A DNA stretch of 63,592 bases, filler included, from Thraustochytrium aureum (Eukaryota): the NCBI GenBank assembly GCA_012862495.1. It is 4 parts of 3 records of this genome, joined end to end, with 100 filler letters (N's around TTAATTAATTAA, not from the genome) between each part and the next. Parts side by side here need not be neighbours in the genome. Positions count along the whole stretch, not along the records: positions 1 to 26,120 come from BLSG01000378.1; 3 more parts are not named here. One strand, written 5' to 3'. Position 1 is the stretch's first letter. Each line of letters begins with the position of its first letter. The notes beneath the pieces were generated by a model. It searched no databases, was not told the DNA's origin, and worked only from the letters and a program-made list of their open reading frames with translations. This document shows positions 11,638 through 23,228 of this stretch, piece after piece. The position numbers and the translations under genes were made by a program.

Positions 11638-13913
11638 ATGCTCGGGTTCAACGGGCGCGCGGATGGCGCTGCGAGGGATGGGCACCAGCAGCGAGGGCAG
11701 GAGCACCAGCAGGAGCACCAGACCCCGTGGGCGTGGAGCTTGGGGCTCGAGGTGGCCCTGCCGGAACTGGCACCCGAGAATGGCGGCGCTGCGCTTGCAG
11801 GCCTCCTGCCGCCACAGCGCGAACTAGGGCAGCCGCTGCAGGCGGCCGCTGCGCAGGTCGCGGGCCACAGGCCTGCGGCCGGGGCGCGTGATGCAACGGG
11901 CAGGTGGATCGAGGGACCAGGGCTGTTCTCGCCGTCTCCGTTTTTGGAGCAGCCAGGGACGGACCTGGACGCTGGGGCTCAGCTGCTCGGCTCGGCAGGA
12001 AGCCAGCGCGAGCTGGTTGCCGGCCCGCCCCAGGATTCGGCATGCGGTTGTTCGCCGCCGCGCCGCAGGCGTTGCTGCACCCGGCGATGCACAACCTGTT
12101 CGACGGACCAGATTCGCAGGGCGCAGCTAGCCCGTCGCCCGATCTTGCGCTCCGCCAGTCGAGCCTGGAGAGCGAAATAGACGAGCTGCGCGAGCGCCTA
12201 ATCAGCCGCCGCCAAGCGATGCGGGCCGCGCGAGCGCGGCTTGCAAACGCTCAAGCGGAGCACGAGATGCGGCGAACTGCTGTGAACGGCGGCGCCGGCC
12301 TCGACGTCGACGTCGAGCTCGCGCGCCTGGCCCAGTCGTACGAGCGCCCTGTAAACGCGTTGAACGACGCGATAGACGTTGACGCCATGCTCGCGCGCAT
12401 GCAAAACCACCAACCCCTCGCGTCCGCGCAAGGACCGCGCACGAACTACCGCCCGGGTCCGCTTGCGCCGCACCACCAACAACACTTTTCCGCAGCTCCG
12501 CACCACGTTCACGCCCAAGCGCATGCAAGTGGGTATCAACAACACCTCGGACAGGCTGATCACCTCAGCCGCCAGCAGCACCAGCAGCAGCACAACCAGC
12601 AGCACCACCTGCAGCAGCAGCGGACTCGAGTCGACAACGAGAGGTACGGCCAACGCACTACCGCGCCGACGCCGGGCCGTACCCGCCACCTCGCGCAACA
12701 AGTGCAGTCCACGCGCGAGCAGCCGACGATGGCTCGGCCCTTCACGTCCTGGCCGCGGGCCACCCGCGCGGGCCCCGCCGCGCCTCGCGGGCCGGCCTTT
12801 GGTGCGGGGGGCGTCGACCAGGCTGAGCGAGACGAGGTCCTCGCCTCTATTCGCACCGTCCCAGGGAGCCAAAGTATTCAGCGGGCGCTGAATCAACAGT
12901 CACGAGGCACAGACAACGACGCCGTCGTCGCGTACGCTGAGCGCGTCCTGGCCTCCATTCAAGGCAACCTGGGCAAACTCCTCATGCACCGCTCCGCCAA
13001 CTATGCGGTGTCCAAGCTTTTTGAGGTACTGCCCCCGTCTGCACGCGACACGTTCCTCAACGAGATCCAGAACCGGCTCCCGCGCATCTGCCGGCACCAG
13101 CACGGCACCTTCGCGCTCCAGAAAATCATCTCTGCAATTACGTCGCGCGAGCACATGGACATGCTCATAGAAGGACTGCTCTTCGAAGCGCGTGCGCTCG
13201 TCAAGGACCCTCATGCCACCTTCTCGCTGCACCGCCTCCTCAACTCGCAAGTGCCCTGCCAAAAGTCGCGCCTCATCTGCGCAGTCCTCTTCCACGCCGG
13301 CATGCCCCCAAAAGAGGGTGAGCCGCTCAACCTGGAAGATGTAAACCACCTGCTCGGTGTGGCGCTGGACAAGCACGGGGCCATGTTTCTGACCATCCTC
13401 CTGCGCAACTGCACTGAAGAGGAAGCGGCGCTCACTGGGGCGCTGCTGGAGCCAAATATCGTTCAGATCGCCTGCGACAGCTACGGCAACTACGTCCTCC
13501 AGAGCGCTCTCACGCGCTTTGCAGACTCGCCCTCGCTCGAGGGCCCTGCGCGAGACTTGCTCGACGCGGCCTCGATGCCGCTCGATCGTCTGGCCCGCGT
13601 GGCGACAAACGACTTTGGCGTAAAGGTTCTCCTCTCTGCGCTGTCGCTCAAGCCATGGATGCGCTCCGCTATTTCGGACCGCCTTTTTGGCGTGTCTGAC
13701 GAGCATGGCCTTAGTACGCCCATCCTCCGCGATCTGATGGCGCATCCCGAGTCGTCCACGCTGCTCAAGCGCTCTGTGCGCCTGGAAACGTCCGCGGCGA
13801 AGCGCCAGCACTATGTCGCGGTGCTGGACGACGTCCTGGCAGAGCTCCAGGCCGAGGGCTCGGTAGCGGTCGACACCGATCGCTGGGCCGGATTCCTTCA
13901 GCGAATCACTTAG
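11638..13913 (+). CDS. Pumilio/PUF-family RNA-binding protein; frameshift near 12030
   Basis: The C-terminal part has PUF repeats (GSQSIQRAL, ANYAVSKLF, HGTFALQKII, DSYGNYVLQSAL, FGVKVL), preceded by a Q/H-rich low-complexity region and a coiled coil. The upstream ORF from ATG 11638 joins at a C run (CCG CCC [C]CA GGA TTC). Confidence 0.85.
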
Positions 13914-14108
13914 TTCTAGCGCGTCGCTCCCGTGCAAGGGGCCGGCGCGACCAAGCGGTCAACAGCCGAATGTTTTGCAAAACGCGCCGCCGCTCACTCG
14001 CTGCGATGCCAGCAAGTGTGCTGCGGCGCATGTTTTTTCGTTTTTTCTTCGTTTCTTTTTTCTCGACGCCTGTGCTCGGCATTCTTAGGAAACAGAGTTG
14101 GTACTCAG

Positions 14109-15058
14109 TCAGGGTCGTGCGCGCCGCTTTCCTAATGCCAGCGCCTCCTCGCTGAGCACGCTGACGCTCCCCGACCGGAACTGCGAAACGACCACATCAG
14201 AGGCATCAAACCCCAGCGAGCTTGCTAGACCCGGAATCGCGTCACGCACGCTCGCTTCCAGCTCGGGGTCCACCTCAACACGGTATTTGCTGCCGCGCAG
14301 GACACGGAAGCGGAGGTTGGCCGACTCGCCAATCCCGACCGTCGCGCGAATCGCCTCCTCGCAACGCTCAACTAGCGCAAGGTGCTCTTGCAGCGCCCGG
14401 ACGCCTGGCGCGAGGCGCGACCGGAGGCAGGGCGAGGCGGCAATCGTCGCCGTGCGCAGTCCCAGCTCCTTGGCGACCAAGCGCACCTCGCTCTTGGTCA
14501 ACTCGTCCAAGGGCGAGACCACATTGAATTCGCGCGCCGCCTGCGCATCCCATACGGAGCGTTAGGCGCTGCGCAACGCCGCTCACCGCGCGAGGCCTGC
14601 TCCGCGACTTACCACGAGGCCGACGCGCGACAGGTCGCTGAGGTCGTCCTTGTTGGTCCCCGTTGAACAGGACAACGTCCTGGCCGCCGCCGCCAGCAAA
14701 CCTGCGCAAAGCCGCCTCCTGCAACCCGCTGTACAGCGAGACCTTGCATGGTAGCACGACGCGCCTTCGTTGGCGACATACTCCTCCACGAGCCCTCCGC
14801 CGTCTCAACGAGTTCAAGCTGCACGCCAATATCCTCCCGTGCCACCTCGACCGCCTGCGCTTTCTGCCTCTGCGGCAACGACGCCGACACGCCCAGCACG
14901 GCAACCGCGCGTCCAGGGAACACCCTGTTCACGCAGGCAGCCACCACGCTCGAGTCCACGCCGCCCGAGTACGCCACGACATTCCTCCCCGAAACCGTCC
15001 CGGCGCCGCGAACGCGGTCCTCCACCGCCGCCAGCAGCATCTTTGCCACCATGCCCAT
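14109..15058 (-). CDS. larE: LarE-like ATP-dependent sulfur transferase (PP-loop); one intron and three single-base frameshifts
   Basis: Reconstructed: NVVAYSGGVDSS...AVLGVSASL...ETAEG[S]VEEYVANEGASCY[H]CKVSLY...VLFNGTNKDDLSDLSRVGLV|AAREFNVVSPLDELTKSEVRLVAKELGL...ASPCLRSRLAPGV...NLRFR...GFRSGS-like end. These match LarE family motifs. Confidence 0.85.
14541..14612 (-). other. Spliceosomal intron (72 nt) in the larE-like gene
   Basis: GTAAGT donor, CTAAC branch, GCGCAG acceptor. It contains in-frame stops, and removal gives RVGLV-AAREF. Confidence 0.88.
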
Positions 15059-15227
15059 GGCGCAGACGCAAGGCAAGCCAGCCAGCCAGCCAGCCAAGGC
15101 CGTCGAGCGAGTGAGGGAGCGAGCTGGCCGGAGGGCCGGCTGAAGAAGTTTGCATCCTGGAGTGCCGCGAACACGTTCATCGTCAGGGAGGCCTCGAGCA
15201 CGGCGCGCACTCGCACAGGCGCACAAG

Positions 15228-15425
15228 CTCTGTTCTTTTTGCTCTTCCTGTTCTTTTGTTCTCTGTATTCTTTTTGGTCTCTGTTCTTTTTGTTCTCGCT
15301 GTTCCTTTGTTTTCTGTATTCTTTTTGTTCTCTGTACTCTTTTTGTTCTCTGTATGTATTCTTTTTGCTCTCCCTGTTCCTTTGCTCACATTGCTCGTTG
15401 TTCTTTTTGCTCTCTCTGTTCCTTG
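15228..15425. repeat. Degenerate pyrimidine-rich minisatellite (~18-bp unit TTCTTTTTGTTCTCTGTA)
   Basis: About ten degenerate copies in the divergent larE/IFT172 intergenic region. Confidence 0.85.
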
Positions 15426-15771
15426 CCCCATAACGGCCACATGACCCCTCTATTATTACCGCATAGAGCAAACATCGGGCGTATTTATATATAGAGGGTT
15501 TATGTGGGGTACGGAGCGCGGCGGAGGGGCGGTGCCGGGCGGGAGCGCGGGCGCGGAAGTCCGGTTAGGGTTGGGCGGCGGGGCTGCAGCGTAACGTCTC
15601 TTTTGGAGGAGGAGGGGGCGGCAGAGCCCGTTCTTGCGCGCGTGGGGCGGGAGCGGGTGGGCGCGAGCGGAGGACGGGCGGCGCCGGGGCGAAGAGCGAG
15701 TTGCAGAGCGCGGTGCGGTGCGGCAGGTTGCGGGCTGGGCTTGCGAGGCGGGAGCGGAGCGAACTGGCAGG

Positions 15772-18700
15772 ATGCAGCTCAGCAAGATGCAGACGCTGCT
15801 GGAGCCCAGCAAGCAGGGCATGAAGAAGGTGACGGCGATGGCATGGTCGCCGAACAACAAGCGGTTTGCGGTGGTCACGGTCGATCGCGTGGTCTACCTG
15901 TTTGACGAGCAGGGCGAGAAAAAGGACAAGTTTGCAACAAAGCCGGCCACCAAAGGGGACAAGGACTACCTGGTACGCGCCCTGGCCTTCTCGCCCGACT
16001 CGTCCAAGCTAGCGGTCGCACAGTCCGATAATATCGTGTTCGTGTACAAGCTCGGACTGGAGTGGGACGACAAAAAGAGCATCCGCCACAAGTTCCAGCA
16101 GTCCTGCTCGGTGACCACGCTGACCTGGCCAGGGGCCCAGCCCCATGAGGTCGTCTTCGGCTGCGCGGACGGCAAGGTCAAAGTCGGCCAGCTCAAGTCC
16201 AACAAAGGCGCTGTCCTTTACCAGACCGACTCGTACGTGGTCTCCTGCTGCAGCTCGCCAGACGGCAAGGCAGTGCTCAGCGGGCACCTGGACGGGTCCA
16301 TCTACAGCTTTTTCTTCGACGACTCGGCCGCCGGGGGCGGCGCCAACTCGGGGTATGCCAAGCTCGCGCACCACCCCTGCCCGCCGTACGCGCTGGCCTG
16401 GGGTGCGTCGGTCCTCGCGGCCGGGGCGGACCGCCGCGTCGTGTTTTACGACAACAACGGAACCGAGCAGCGCGCGTTCGACTACGGCGGCAGCGACGAG
16501 ACCAGCGACGTCAAGGAGTTTACGGTGGCAGCCTGCAACCCGAGCGGTCGCAGCATCGTGGTGGGCAACTTTGACCAGTTTTTCGTGTTTTCCTACAGCT
16601 CGATGCGCGAGACCTGGGAGGAGACCGCGCCGAAAAAGGTGCCCAACTATTACTCTGTAACGGCGCTCGCATGGAAGCCGGACGGCTCCCGGCTCGCGCT
16701 CGGGACGCTGTGCGGCTGCGTCGACCTCTACGACGCCTGCATCAAGCGCAGCCGCTACAACGGCACCTTCGAGTTCACCTACGTCTCGCCCTCGCAGGTG
16801 ATCGTCAAGCGCATCAGCAACGGCAAGCGCCTCGTGCTAAAGTCAATCTTCGAGCGCGAGATCGAGCGCATCAACGTCTACGGCGAAGACCGCTACATCG
16901 TTGCCAACACGCCAAACACGATCATCTGCGGCGACATGGAATCCTGCAAGATGAGCGAGGTGCCCTGGAGCTTTACCGGCAACGAAAAGTACGTCTTCGA
17001 CAACCCCAACGTCTGCATGATATACAGCTCGGGCGAGCTCACGATGATAGAGTACGGCAGCAACGAAATCCTCTCCAGCTGCCGCACCGAGCATGTCAAG
17101 CCGACGCTCGTCTCGGTCCGCGTCAACGAGCGCCCCCCGCGCCGCCGCGTTTCTGGCGGTGCGCTGGCTCACGCCGGCGACGACATGGGCGCCGGCCTGC
17201 TGGACGTCGACACAGGCATGCTTGGCGGGGAGCCGATTCCTACTCTCAGCACGTTTGGCGGCGTGGCCGAAACCAAGTTTGGCGAGCCCGCCGGCCCGGG
17301 CAGCCCGGGCGGCAAGGCCGGGGCCCAAAAGCACCCGGACAACAAAAAGATCGCCTATCTGCTCGACCAGATGACCATCCGCATCATGGACCTCACTTCG
17401 GGGTTCGCCGAGGCGACCATCAACCACGTGGCCAAGATCGACTGGATGGAGCTCAACGCGCGCGCCGACCTGCTCCTGTACCGGGACAAGCGCCGCCAGT
17501 TGCACCTCTTCAACACGCACAAGCAGGAGCGGACCACGCTCCTCACCTACTGCAACTACGTCCAGTGGGTGCCCGAGAGCGACGTCGTCGTGGCGCAAAA
17601 CCGGGGCAACCTCTGCGTCTGGTACAACATCGAGGCCCCGGAAAAGGTGACCATCATCCCCGTCAACGGGGAGGTCGAAGATATCGAGCGCGTCAACGGG
17701 AAAACCGAGGTCCGCGTCGACGAAGGCATCAACACGGTCGTCTACTGCCTGGACGAGGCCCTTATCGGGTTTGGCGGCGCCGTCGAAGACGGCGACCTCG
17801 ACAAGGCCATGCAGGTACTCGACAAGCAGTGCGCCGGCAAGGACGCCAGCGAGCTGCGCCCCGAGATGGAGGCCATGTGGAAGCAGCTAGCCCAGGTTGC
17901 GCTGGCCAGCGGCCGCCTCGACGTGGCGGAGCGCAGCTGCGCGGCGATGGGCGACGCGGCCATGACCCGATACCTGCGCAAGGTGAACAAGACCAAGATG
18001 CAGGTCAGCAAGGCAACGGGGGCCGACGGCAGCGACCACTGGATCGTGCGCAGCAAGCTCGCTCTCTTGCGCCGCGACTTTCGCGACGCCGAACTCATCT
18101 ACCTCGAGCAGGGCCAAACGGATGAAGCCGTCGAAATGTACCAGATCCTGCACCAGTGGGACGAGGCCATCCGCGTCGCCGAGGAGCGCAACCACCCCGA
18201 CGCGGACGAAATGCGGTCGAGCTACTTTGACTACCTCGTCAGCTCGGGACAGGAGGCGCGCGCGGCCCAGATCCGCGAGAGCGAGGGCGACCACCTCGCC
18301 GCCATCGACCTGTACCTCAAGGGCGGCCGCCCCGCCAAGGCCATGAACGTTGTCAACACGTACAAGAAAAACTACAAGACGGAAGTGCTCGAGCGCATCG
18401 CCAACGCGCTCACCTCAAGCGGGATGCACGACAAGGCGGGCGGGTTTTTCGAGCGTATGGGCCAGGTCGACCGCGCGCTCGAAGCCTACCTCAAGGGCCA
18501 CGCGTACCGCAGCGCGGTGGAGCTTGCGCGCCGCGAGTTTCCCGGCCAAGTGGTTCGCCTCGAAGAGGCCTGGGGCGACTGGCTTGCGCAGTGCAAGAAC
18601 ATGGAAGCCGCTATCGGGCACTACATCGAGGCCAACGCCTCCAAAAAGGCCATTGAAGCTGCTCTCGGCGCGCGCCAGTGGACCAAGGCGGGCCAGCTCG

Positions 18701-21406
18701 TGGACACCCTGCAGGCCTCGGACGAAGAGGCGGCGCGCCCCTTTTACAAGCGCATCGCGCGCCACTACCACCAGGCGCAACAGTTCGACCGCGCCGAGGG
18801 ATTCTACGTGCAGGCAGGCTGCGAGAAGGAAGCGATCCAGATGTACACGGACGCCGGCCTTTGGGAGGCGGCGCACAAGCTCGCCACGCAGTACATGAGC
18901 TCGCAGGAGGTTTCGGCGCTCTACCACCGCCAGGCGCAAGTCCTCGAATCCAAGGGCAAGTACAAGGAGGCAGAGGGCCTGCTGCTTACCGTCAAATCCG
19001 TCGACAAGGCCATTGCCATGTACAAGAAGGCGCGCAAGTACGACCACATGATCCGCCTGGTCGCGGCGTACCGCAAGGATCTGCTCAAGGACACGCACCT
19101 CCACCTGGCCGGCCAGCTCGAGGTGGAGGGCAACCTCAAGCAGGCGGAGGAGCACTTTGCGCAAGCTGGCGACTGGCCTGCCGCGGTCAACATGTACACC
19201 GCAAACGAGATGTGGGACGAGGCCATCCGTGTCGCAAAGTACTATGGCGGTGTTGCGGCCTCGCGCAAGGTGGCCTACCAGTGGGCCCGCTGCATGGGGG
19301 GCGAGGCGGGCGCCAAGCTCCTCACAAAGCTGGGCCTCATCGAGCAGGCCATCGACTACGCCATCGAAAAGTCTTCCTTCCAAGAGGCGCTCGAGCTCGC
19401 GAAAACGTCCCTCCCGGCCCGCATCCCCGAGGTCCACCTCAAGTACGCCCTCTACCTCGAGGATGAGGAGCGCTTTGCCGAAGCCGAGGCCGAGTTTATC
19501 CTCGCCGAGAAGCCGAAGGAGGCCATCGAAATGTACAACCATCAGCAAGACTGGACAAACGCGATGCGGGTCGCCGAGCGGTACGACCCGAGCTCGATCC
19601 CCGAAGTCCTCGTCGCGCAGGCCAAGCTCGCGGTGGACTCGAAGCAGTTCGCGAATGCGGAGACCCTCTTCCTGAACGCCAAGAAGCCCGAGTTCGCGCT
19701 GCACATGTACCAAGAGCACGGGATGTGGCACGAGGCGCTTGGGTTTGCCAAGAAGCACCTCCCGCACAAGGTCCAGGACGTGCAGCGGGCGGCGAAAAAC
19801 TCGTCCGGCGCGATCGCCAGGGAGGCCCCGACCCATGTGGCCTCGCCTGCGTCGCCAGGCAACGGCAGCAGGTCCAGCCCGCGTCCGCGGAACGAGGCTG
19901 GCGGCGCGACCGCGGCGGTCTCGCTGGCCTCTTCCCCAACTGGCACGTACGAGCCGTCGCGCTCGCTCGGGGCCGGAGGCTCTGCGCAGATGGAGTCGGT
20001 GCGCTACGCGATGGACTCGGCCAAGACGTTCGAGGAGAACGGCGAGTTTGCCAAGGCCGTCGACTGCTACCTGCACATCGGCGCGGACGAGTCGGTGGAC
20101 CCCGNNNNNNNNNNNNNNNNNNNNNNNNNNNNNNNNNNNNNNNNNNNNNNNNNNNNNNNNNNNNNNNNNNNNNNNNNNNNNNNNNNNNNNNNNNNNNNNN
20201 NNNNNNNNNNNNNNNNNNNNNNNNNNNNNNNNNNNNNNNNNNNNNNNNNNNNNNNNNNNNNNNNNNNNNNNNNNNNNNNNNNNNNNNNNNNNNNNNNNNN
20301 NNNNNNNNNNNNNNNNNNNNNNNNNNNNNNNNNNNNNNNNNNNNNNNNNNNNNNNNNNNNNNNNNNNNNNNNNNNNNNNNNNNNNNNNNNNNNNNNNNNN
20401 NNNNNNNNNNNNNNNNNNNNNNNNNNNNNNNNNNNNNNNNNNNNNNNGCGACTGGGACCGCGTGTTTGAGGTGGTCGAGCAAGCGGGCCAGCCAGGCGCA
20501 GATCTCGGATCAAAGTACGCCGCGGAGATGGTATCGCGCCTGCTGGAGAAGGCGGGAGAGGACGCCGCTCCATGCGCCAAGCTCGACGAGGCCGTTGCGA
20601 GGCTCGCCCAGTACGGTTGTCCGCCGGGGCCGCAGCATTTTGCGCTGTTCTGCCGCATCTCGCAGGAGGTGCTGGGCCGCCCAGAGCGAGACATTGCGCT
20701 CGTGCAAGGCGAGCCGCTGCAGGGCGGCAAGGGCTCTGCCGGAGACTACGTGGCCGCTTTGCGAAACCTTCGCGAGGTCCTCTTTTCCGCGGTCAACCAG
20801 CGCGGGTCGCGCGGGTCGCGCGCTGCTGAGGGCAAAATGGCCGGCGCCGAGTCGCACACGGCGACGTTGGAGCGCTTGCTCCTGGCGGTGCACCTCATGC
20901 TGATGCACTACGTCTGTGCGGCGAGCGGGTCGTCGGAGATGTCGGCCAACCTGCTCGTGGCCCTCCTCCGCTTCGCCGGCGACGCCGTGCCCTGCGACAA
21001 GGCCTTTTACCTGGCTGGCACGGCCTGCAAGAGCGTCGAGTGGACGGGAAAGGCGTTCGTGCTCCTCAACCGGTACCTCGACCTCACCGAGGCCATTGAC
21101 GAGGGCGACGTTGCGGACTTGGACAACTCTGACTTTCAAGACACTGACATCCCGGCGCCGCACAAGCACCCGCTCCCAAAGGTGCACTACTTGCCGGAAG
21201 ACAAGCGCGAGGAGATTCGCGAGTGGATCCTCGGCGCCGCGATGGACACTCAGGTCGAGCAAGAGCCAGTTGACATGGAGTGGCTCCGGGACGTGCGCTC
21301 CGCGGTGGCCGACCAGATCGGCCACGTCGTTCGCCGCTTCGACCGGGGCGCCATGCCCATCGAGGAGTATCTTGTGCAGGTTCGCCAGCAGTACTTGGGA
21401 TTCTAG
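15772..21406 (+). CDS. IFT172: Intraflagellar transport protein 172 (WD40 + TPR-like); internal gap 20105-20447
   Basis: MQL...KVTAMAWSPNNKRFAV..DRVVYLFDEQGEKKDKFATKPA; FEFTYVSPSQVIVK; VQWVPESDVVVAQNRGNLCVWYNI; C-terminal DKAFYLAG..AFVLLNRYLDLTEAIDEG...DFQDTDIP. Confidence 0.97.
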
Positions 21407-21584
21407 TCGAGGAGGCTTCCGTCGCGTCCTGTCACAGGCTGCCTGCATTTAGCCTCTACCCATAGATAGAAAGTAAACCCATGAGCACCATGGACCATCG
21501 AAAAGGGACAAGCAGGGACAAGCGTCGATTTCCTTTTTTGATTGAAAAGAAAAAGAAACGAAGTACCACAAAAGACTCCCAAAA

Positions 21585-22376
21585 TCAATCGACGTGCTTG
21601 CCTTGCTTGGCCGAGATGTACGGGAGAAGGCCGCCAGAATAGGTCACCGATGGAGACATGCCGCGGTGGAGCGCCTGAAAATACGCCAGAGACGCCGGCC
21701 CGACATACGACGCCAGCCCGGTGCAGACGTGCCACCACGCGTGGCCCTCTGGGTTCACCGGGAGCGACTGCAAGGTCTCGCAAAAGTGCTGGTCCACCAT
21801 CCAGAAGAAGATGCCGGTAAACCAGATGCCTACGTAGAACAGGATCAGGTTTTGCACAACGGGGACGCCGACAAACTCGTGGTTGTAGAGGTACACGAGC
21901 CGGATGCAGGCAATGACGCACCACAGCGAAAAGTAGAGCTGGAACGCCAGGACCCACTGGAAATCCCAGTGCAGAATCGCAAAGCCAACGTTGTGCGCAA
22001 CGAGCAGCGCGACCCAGATCCAGCTCGTTTCTGCTCCTGGCAACATGGGCTTGTACAACGTGTAGCAGAACTGCGTGATCGCGATGATCATCGGCGTCTC
22101 GTCCAGCTGCTGCGCCTCTTTCAGCAGCGTGCCATGGAATGCCGCTGACCCGATTCCCACAATCCCGATCACGCCAAAGAGAACTGCCAGGTCGTTCGAG
22201 TGGCCCTCCCGCAGGCACATGCGCACGCCAAAGGCAGACAAGACGATCAAGAACGCGTTCGAAATCGTGTTGAAAAACTCGGCCACGAACGGCGTCCACG
22301 TGTAGTTGCGTTCGCACCAGTCAATCGTCGCCGTGGGTTCGCCCCAGTACCCTCGCAGTTGCGCATCGCCCTCCAT
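21585..22376 (-). CDS. ACER3: Alkaline ceramidase (ACER3-like)
   Basis: GYWGEPTATIDWCERNY, AEFFNTISN, GIGSAAFHGTL, QQLDETPM, HAWWHVCTG; seven hydrophobic segments. Confidence 0.93.
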   Translation of the reverse strand: MEGDAQLRGYWGEPTATIDWCERNYTWTPFVAEFFNTISNAFLIVLSAFGVRMCLREGHSNDLAVLFGVIGIVGIGSAAFHGTLLKEAQQLDETPMIIAITQFCYTLYKPMLPGAETSWIWVALLVAHNVGFAILHWDFQWVLAFQLYFSLWCVIACIRLVYLYNHEFVGVPVVQNLILFYVGIWFTGIFFWMVDQHFCETLQSLPVNPEGHAWWHVCTGLASYVGPASLAYFQALHRGMSPSVTYSGGLLPYISAKQGKHVD

Positions 22377-23228
22377 CTCCGCGTCGCGCGACCCACGCGT
22401 TGCTCACTCCGCGAGCCGCCGCGCCCGCCGCCGCCGGCTCAGAGCGAGCAAAAACCTCGGCGCTCCTCCAGTAAACCAAGCAAGCTCGAGCTCGAGATAT
22501 TGCTCGCGTGCCGCCCGCGCTGCAGCCCTTGGTCGCATTCAAGTTGGAGCTCTGCCTGCTGCCAGCTGCCTCGAGTGACATGCGCAGTGGCCCAGCATCA
22601 ACAAAAAAGCACACCTTGTCCTGCACTTTCGAGTATGCCGTGTCGCCAATTTTCCTGTGGTGTTTGCGATCATCACGACCTTGCCAGCCGGCATCCTCGC
22701 CATCGGCCAGCGATCAGCGCCGTGCCACCAGGAGCCGGTACAGGCCGACCGAGAGTAGAGTAAGTAAGTACCTTCGGCTCGCAGGCAGTGTCGACGCAGC
22801 ATGCAAGCATGGCATCATTGGCGTGGAGGGTCGTCCTGTCGGGGCGGGGAGTGGACTGGACGAGGAGGGCAAAGGTCTGGTTTGGGCTCGGTAAACCTCG
22901 GTGTTGAATGCGTGGGCATGCGCGTGGCATCACCACGCGGNNNNNNNNNNNNNNNNNNNNNNNNNNNNNNNNNNNNNNNNNNNNNNNNNNNNNNNNNNNN
23001 NNNNNNNNNNNNNNNNNNNNNNNNNNNNNNNNNNNNNNNNNNNNNNNNNNNNNNNNNNNNNNNNNNNNNNNNNNNNNNNNNNNNNNNNNNNNNNNNNNNN
23101 NNNNNNNNNNNNNNNNNNNNNNNNNNNNNNNNNNNNNNNNNNNNNNNNNNNNNNNNNNNNNNNNNNNNNNNNNNNNNNNNNNNNNNNNNNNNNNNNNNNN
23201 NNNNNNNNNNNNNNNNNNNNNNNNNNNN

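Noticed and set aside
14929..15471. K/E/R-rich ORF (YREQKE repeats) and its antisense F/L/S-rich ORFs
   Set aside because: These are translations of the CT-rich minisatellite. The composition is unlike real genes here.
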